DNA of 64,000 nucleotides from Elsinoe ampelina (Eukaryota): NCBI GenBank assembly GCA_010093995.1, contig ML992505.1, positions 226,921 to 290,920 of the forward strand, read 5' to 3'. Shown piece by piece: positions 59,388 to 64,000 of this stretch (position 1 is its first letter; each line of letters starts with the position of its first letter). The notes under the pieces were generated by a model. It saw only the letters and a program-made list of their open reading frames with translations, ran no database searches and was not told where the DNA came from. The position numbers and the translations under genes were made by a program.

Positions 59388-60668
59388 ATGCCTCTCGAGG
59401 TGGTAATAGTCGGGGCAGGCATCGCTGGTCTCACAGCTGCGGTAGCATTGGCACCTCACGGACATCAGATCACAATCCTGGAGAAGTCCGCTTTCGCTGC
59501 AGAAGTTGGAGCAGCATTTCACTTTGGTCCATATGGTGTAAGATGTCTCAAGCGATTGGGCGTCGATGTGGCAGCGATGCGGCCGAACGTGTGTATGCGG
59601 TGGAATCAGACAGAGGCCTGCACGCTCCGAGACCTTGGACTCAAATTCGATTTGCGCCAGAAACAAAGCCAGCTCGGAGTGGAAGAGGATGAGATTATGG
59701 TGCACAGAATCGATGCACATCGAGTGCTTCGGAAGACAGCGACAGACCACCCCAACGTAAGGTTACGACTCGGAGATGCGGTGAAGAGTGTCGACGCCGA
59801 AGCTGGAATTGTGACCTTGCTCTCTGGCGAGCAAGTACGTGGCGATGTGGTGATTGGAGCAGACGGGATCCATTCGCGATGTGTGGCTGCCATAGATCCC
59901 GCAGCGACTGAGAGGAAGGCGGCCGGTATCAACATGTTCCGGTGGATGGTGGAGACCGACAAGGCCATGGCAAACCCAGTGGTCAAGGAGTTCCTGGACC
60001 AGACGAACTTCCCGGAGCACCACACCACCTTCATCCATGGTGGAACAAAGCACAGTCTGATCATGTACCCGTGTCGGAACGGCGAGCTCATTAATTGCTC
60101 GACTTTCCAAATGGCCGGAGCCGAGATGAAGCCATTGCCGGAAGGAGACTTTACCTCACCAGGCAGCACAGAAGAGGTACTTCACCTCATGCAAGGCTGG
60201 CCGGAAAGCTACCGAGCACTCGCCGCTGCAGCGATAGATGTGAAGCATTGGGCCGTAATATCGCGAGACGTGCCAAAGTCATTCAACAAGGGTCGACTGG
60301 TGTTGATTGGAGACGCCGCACACCCTACTCAGCCATTGCATGCTGCGGGAGCGAACATGGGTATCGAAGACGCTGGCGTCCTCTCGATTCTTTTGGGCAC
60401 GGACGTGACCCCAGAGACCGTCGCAGACCGACTTCAGCTCTTCCACGAGTTGCGCTATGAACGGACAGTCGTCACCAAGTTCAGCTCCGAGTTCCCAAAG
60501 GTTGGCTGGCTGCCCACACCCGAGGCCGCAGAGGCGCAGATGGGCGAGAAGGTGCCTGGTGCAAAGCTTCCGCCTAGCATGGAGGACTTCCTTTGGCCAG
60601 TGGATGTCATGGCGGACGCCGGGAAGGCCGTGGCGAAACTGTCCAAGAAAGCCGTTGGCGAAGATTGA
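59388..60668 (+). CDS. FAD-dependent monooxygenase (salicylate hydroxylase-like, group A)
   Basis: VVIVGAGIAGL, DVVIGADGIHS and LVLIGDAAHP..P..AAGANMGIEDA fingerprints. An alternative ATG lies at 59334. Confidence 0.93.
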   Translation: MPLEVVIVGAGIAGLTAAVALAPHGHQITILEKSAFAAEVGAAFHFGPYGVRCLKRLGVDVAAMRPNVCMRWNQTEACTLRDLGLKFDLRQKQSQLGVEEDEIMVHRIDAHRVLRKTATDHPNVRLRLGDAVKSVDAEAGIVTLLSGEQVRGDVVIGADGIHSRCVAAIDPAATERKAAGINMFRWMVETDKAMANPVVKEFLDQTNFPEHHTTFIHGGTKHSLIMYPCRNGELINCSTFQMAGAEMKPLPEGDFTSPGSTEEVLHLMQGWPESYRALAAAAIDVKHWAVISRDVPKSFNKGRLVLIGDAAHPTQPLHAAGANMGIEDAGVLSILLGTDVTPETVADRLQLFHELRYERTVVTKFSSEFPKVGWLPTPEAAEAQMGEKVPGAKLPPSMEDFLWPVDVMADAGKAVAKLSKKAVGED

Positions 60669-60807
60669 TGGATTGGTCCGAAGTGCTCGGGCCATGGCTG
60701 TGATTTTTAGCGAGGTAGATATGAATTCTTGATACCCTTTTGTGTAAAAAGCGTAATGTTGGCACATGTGCGGCGTAGAGATCCAAGAAATTATCGTCTG
60801 CTGATCT

Positions 60808-63339
60808 TCAAGTGTTGAAAAGACTTCCCCTCTCCCATTCGATGTTTTCCAGCCAAGTCATCAGCTCCGCATCCGTCACAGCAGAAGGAAAGTTGAAATG
60901 CAGAGACGGGTCTTCGTAAGGGTTCTCAGGTGAAGGATTGGTGACCGCTGCCTGTTGTGGCCCAGGCGACAAGATCTTATCCAGGACCTTCTTCAATAGC
61001 TTCCTTGCTTTGTGGCAGATTGCATAGTTCCCGCCGATATTTGGCTCTACGGCTGACAGAGCAGAGATGAAAACACTCAAGTCCTGGATGGTTTCCGATC
61101 GTGGGAGGATCTCGGGTGTGTATTGTCGGGTGTTCTCCTGCTTGAGCATTTCGACGGCGAGAATGCCGGCGGAGGGAATACCGTGGAAAGCAATCTGTCA
61201 TGGTCAGTCAAGATCCAGTCTCTCTCGGGGATGACTTACCAGGTATGTGAGATCGATCTGCAGGTCACGCAGGAAGTCTCTCTTGGCCGCCCCGGCAAGC
61301 ACATACTTGAGCAGCTCTCGAGCGTGAGTGAGCAAGACTCTGTTGTCATCAGTCTTGAGACGGTTGATCAATGCTTTCTCTAGCAGCAGCGAAGTGTGCA
61401 ACATGCCGCATTTGATGGACAGCAGATGGAGGGTGTTCCATGGTACCCTGTCCCGATCCCATTGTGCTATAAGTGGATGATTTTGTGTTTGACAATGAGC
61501 CAAAGCCTGGACGACGTCCATCTTGATGAAGTCTGGCATTTGCTCGTTGACCAAACGGATCTTTTCTCTGATCGCTTGACCACGCTGGAGCAGATCTTGG
61601 ACATTGGTACCGAGCGCCACCTCGAGGATGTCTTCTCGCAGCTGTGCATGTGCAGCCCACACTCGCCGCCATGTACTCCTATGCAGCCGACCTTGAGTAT
61701 TCCAGCCGTTGTCGAGCCTTGCAATGACCTGTTGAAGTTCCTCGCCGTCCATGAACAGCTCTTCGTCAGAAAGATCGAGTGGTAATTGCAAGACACAGTA
61801 TCTGTGGCTGAGCCTTGGTGGTCGTCCTAAGAATGTTGAAAGAGACTTGTCGTGCCCATAAAGCATGTCGAACATCCTGATACGGGTCTCGTTGACTAGA
61901 AATGGTGTGTGCTCATCTTGCCGTTTCTCCTGGTGCAGTCCCAGATGGATACAAGTATTAATGACTTCTCCAATGCGAGCCCAAGCCTGGAAATGGGTGT
62001 CGCCTTTCATGGACTCTATGACAAGCACGGATTCGAAGAGTACACAGAGGTACAAATCTGTGATGCTCTCGCAATCACGGCAGAACTCGAGAGTGCTCTC
62101 CATGGCCTCTTGAATCCTCTCGGTGAAATCGCGGCGGTCTTTGGCAACAGAGTGGATTTCACTCAGAGCTGGGTCCCAGTCGGAAAGGTCCAGAGATACG
62201 AGGGATACACCAGATAGGATGATACCAATCGTGTCCCACCGTAAATTATGACCAGTGTGCAGCATTGCCCACTCTCGAGCCGTGGTATTGCCATCAACAG
62301 GTGGAGTCTTTTCAGTATTACGCCATACCAGCTCGGACAGAGGGTAAAGTTCGTGAAGACTTTGATGATTGGCAAGCAAGTCTCCGAAAGCTTCCACTAT
62401 ACCGTTAATCCAGACAGCATAAGTGGGCTTCACTATTGTGATGCCATCGGCGCCGCGGAACCTAGCACTTGTCAGCAATACGTAACACGGTCAACGAGAC
62501 CACTCACCATCGCTCGAAAATATTTCTGAACAGATTCATGTTCCGAAGGTAATGCAACACCTGGGCCCCTTTGTGGATCTTCTCTGTTGAAATGGGAGTC
62601 GGAGAGCTAGACCTCTCCGGCTCCTCATCCTCGATCCCCAGACTTCTCTCATTGTCTGTGAAGACAGCCGAGAAGGCCGTCTTCCCCAAGAATCCAGTCT
62701 TGTCCTTCATGTGCTCGTTGGACCGTCCAGAATGGTTTGCATACTTGCTCACAGAGGCTGAAGAGGTGAGTGGTGATGCACTCGTCGAGGAAGATGCGGT
62801 CTTGATCGGTGCACTGTTCGCTGATCGAAAGCGACCTTGCCCGTTGTACTGCAAGAATTCAGGTGGCGTTGGTTGCTGCTGGTGTTGTTGCAGCGGCTGC
62901 GCAGGTGGTGGGAATGGTCTGGATGGCGGAGGGGGTTGAGTGAACAAGGACAGGCTTGCCAATTGCGGGTCTGTGGCAGATCGTATTGCAGACGAAAGGG
63001 AGGCAGGAGCACGATCGTCCTTGTGAATTGGGGAAGAGCGGTTGCGGGTCATGGGTGCCGGATGATATATACAATCGGCCTGCTTGCCTCTCCGCAAACA
63101 GCGTGAGCAAGTCGGTAATTCGTGACCACATTTGAGCTTGCCTGTAGATAAGAAAGTCAATATCAAGTCACCGCTGGTCTGATGTGGAAGGAGGAGTGGT
63201 AGTCTTGGTAGATCATACCTTTTCTGCATGGCTCACATGAGAATGGCTTGCCGTTCCGCCGGTATGTGGGAGTCAGAGTTCCGTTTGAGCCTCCGTTGGG
63301 GCCGGTGGTATCAGGGGCGTTCATTGTTGCCTGAGCCAT
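60808..63339 (-). CDS. Zn(II)2Cys6 fungal transcription factor with middle homology domain
   Basis: Spliced RRNGKPFSCEPCRK|GKLKCGHELPTCSRCLRRGKQADCIYHPAPMT; LGLHQE...DKSLSTFLGRPPRLS...LPLDLSDEEL. Three introns (near 63150-63218, 62465-62507, 61190-61239). Confidence 0.93.
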
Positions 63340-64000
63340 TGTAGGTCAAACAAGAAGAGGGGTCCAGAATATCAGCGAAGTCGGCGGGACGCAATTCTGT
63401 TGCCTGAGGTGTCGAGGCGGCTCTGGCGGTCCATGAAGCTTCTGGCCGGGCCGCGGATGAGGTTGTAGTGGAGACAGAACAGGCTTCCAGAATTAAACGT
63501 GGTATCTCTGTCGACGCGACATGTCAGACTCGTCCTCGAGAAGCGAAAGTCGTGATGGGCCAAAGGACAAACGCAAGCCAGGTGGGGGAAAATTCTCCGA
63601 CGCGCCGGCCCCGCCGAAGGTCGTGCGGCTCCGCAAGGTGTTCTTGATTGGCTGGACAAAGAACGGTACAGATTCGGCACATCCGCCTCGGTGTCAACCT
63701 TGCTCCGAGATCACTCGACTTCATCTCCTGTCTGTCACGATGTTCATGCGTCTTTATACTTTGCGGAGCGCTGCAATCTCGATTACAGGGTATTCTATTA
63801 TTTGTCGTGATTCGCGTTCGGTCATCGTATTTCGAGTGAGGGTGATACTGGACAATCCCCTCTCATGCATACGCTGGTGCCTTTGAAGTGAATGCGAGGC
63901 GCACGCAGGACCGGCATGCATCCGTTTAGTAAGAACAAATCTGGACACTTCTTTTTCATTGTATGATCATATACTCTGTCATACGGACTGCTTTATCTCT

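Noticed and set aside
53040..63339. Secondary-metabolite gene cluster (SDR, peptidase, monooxygenase, TF)
   Set aside because: No PKS, NRPS, terpene synthase or RiPP precursor in the window; the SDR and DPP5 look like ordinary conserved genes.

Overview
Intron-containing DNA from a filamentous ascomycete (GT-AG introns of about 44-76 nt with CTRAC/CTAAC-type branch sites, a Zn2Cys6 transcription factor, Pezizomycotina-type conserved genes). The flanks carry ordinary genes: a secreted alkaline phosphatase, HAS1 helicase, a PAP2/vanadium-haloperoxidase-like enzyme, an FLC/TRP-like transporter, an SDR, dipeptidyl peptidase V, an FAD monooxygenase and the Zn2Cys6 TF. The notable feature is a ~15 kb accessory locus at 15.5-30.7 kb. 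It holds eight divergent paralogues of a small acidic intracellular protein (WGFVxYRCTY...W.VQED..Y.GASK, one shared phase-2 intron), arranged as two arrays of four. Each array ends head-to-head with one of two paralogous ~800-aa secreted precursors (signal peptide, Cys-rich domain, S/T linker, KR Kex2-type site, C-terminal EHIxELQ...N..K domain resembling a His-Me/HNH nuclease). One precursor is intact; the other has three lesions, all N-terminal to the putative toxin domain. One small gene is a pseudogene and another is a truncated in-frame fusion. The layout resembles a fungal polymorphic toxin / poly-immunity locus, but this is inference and no database search was possible. All exon boundaries were read by hand.
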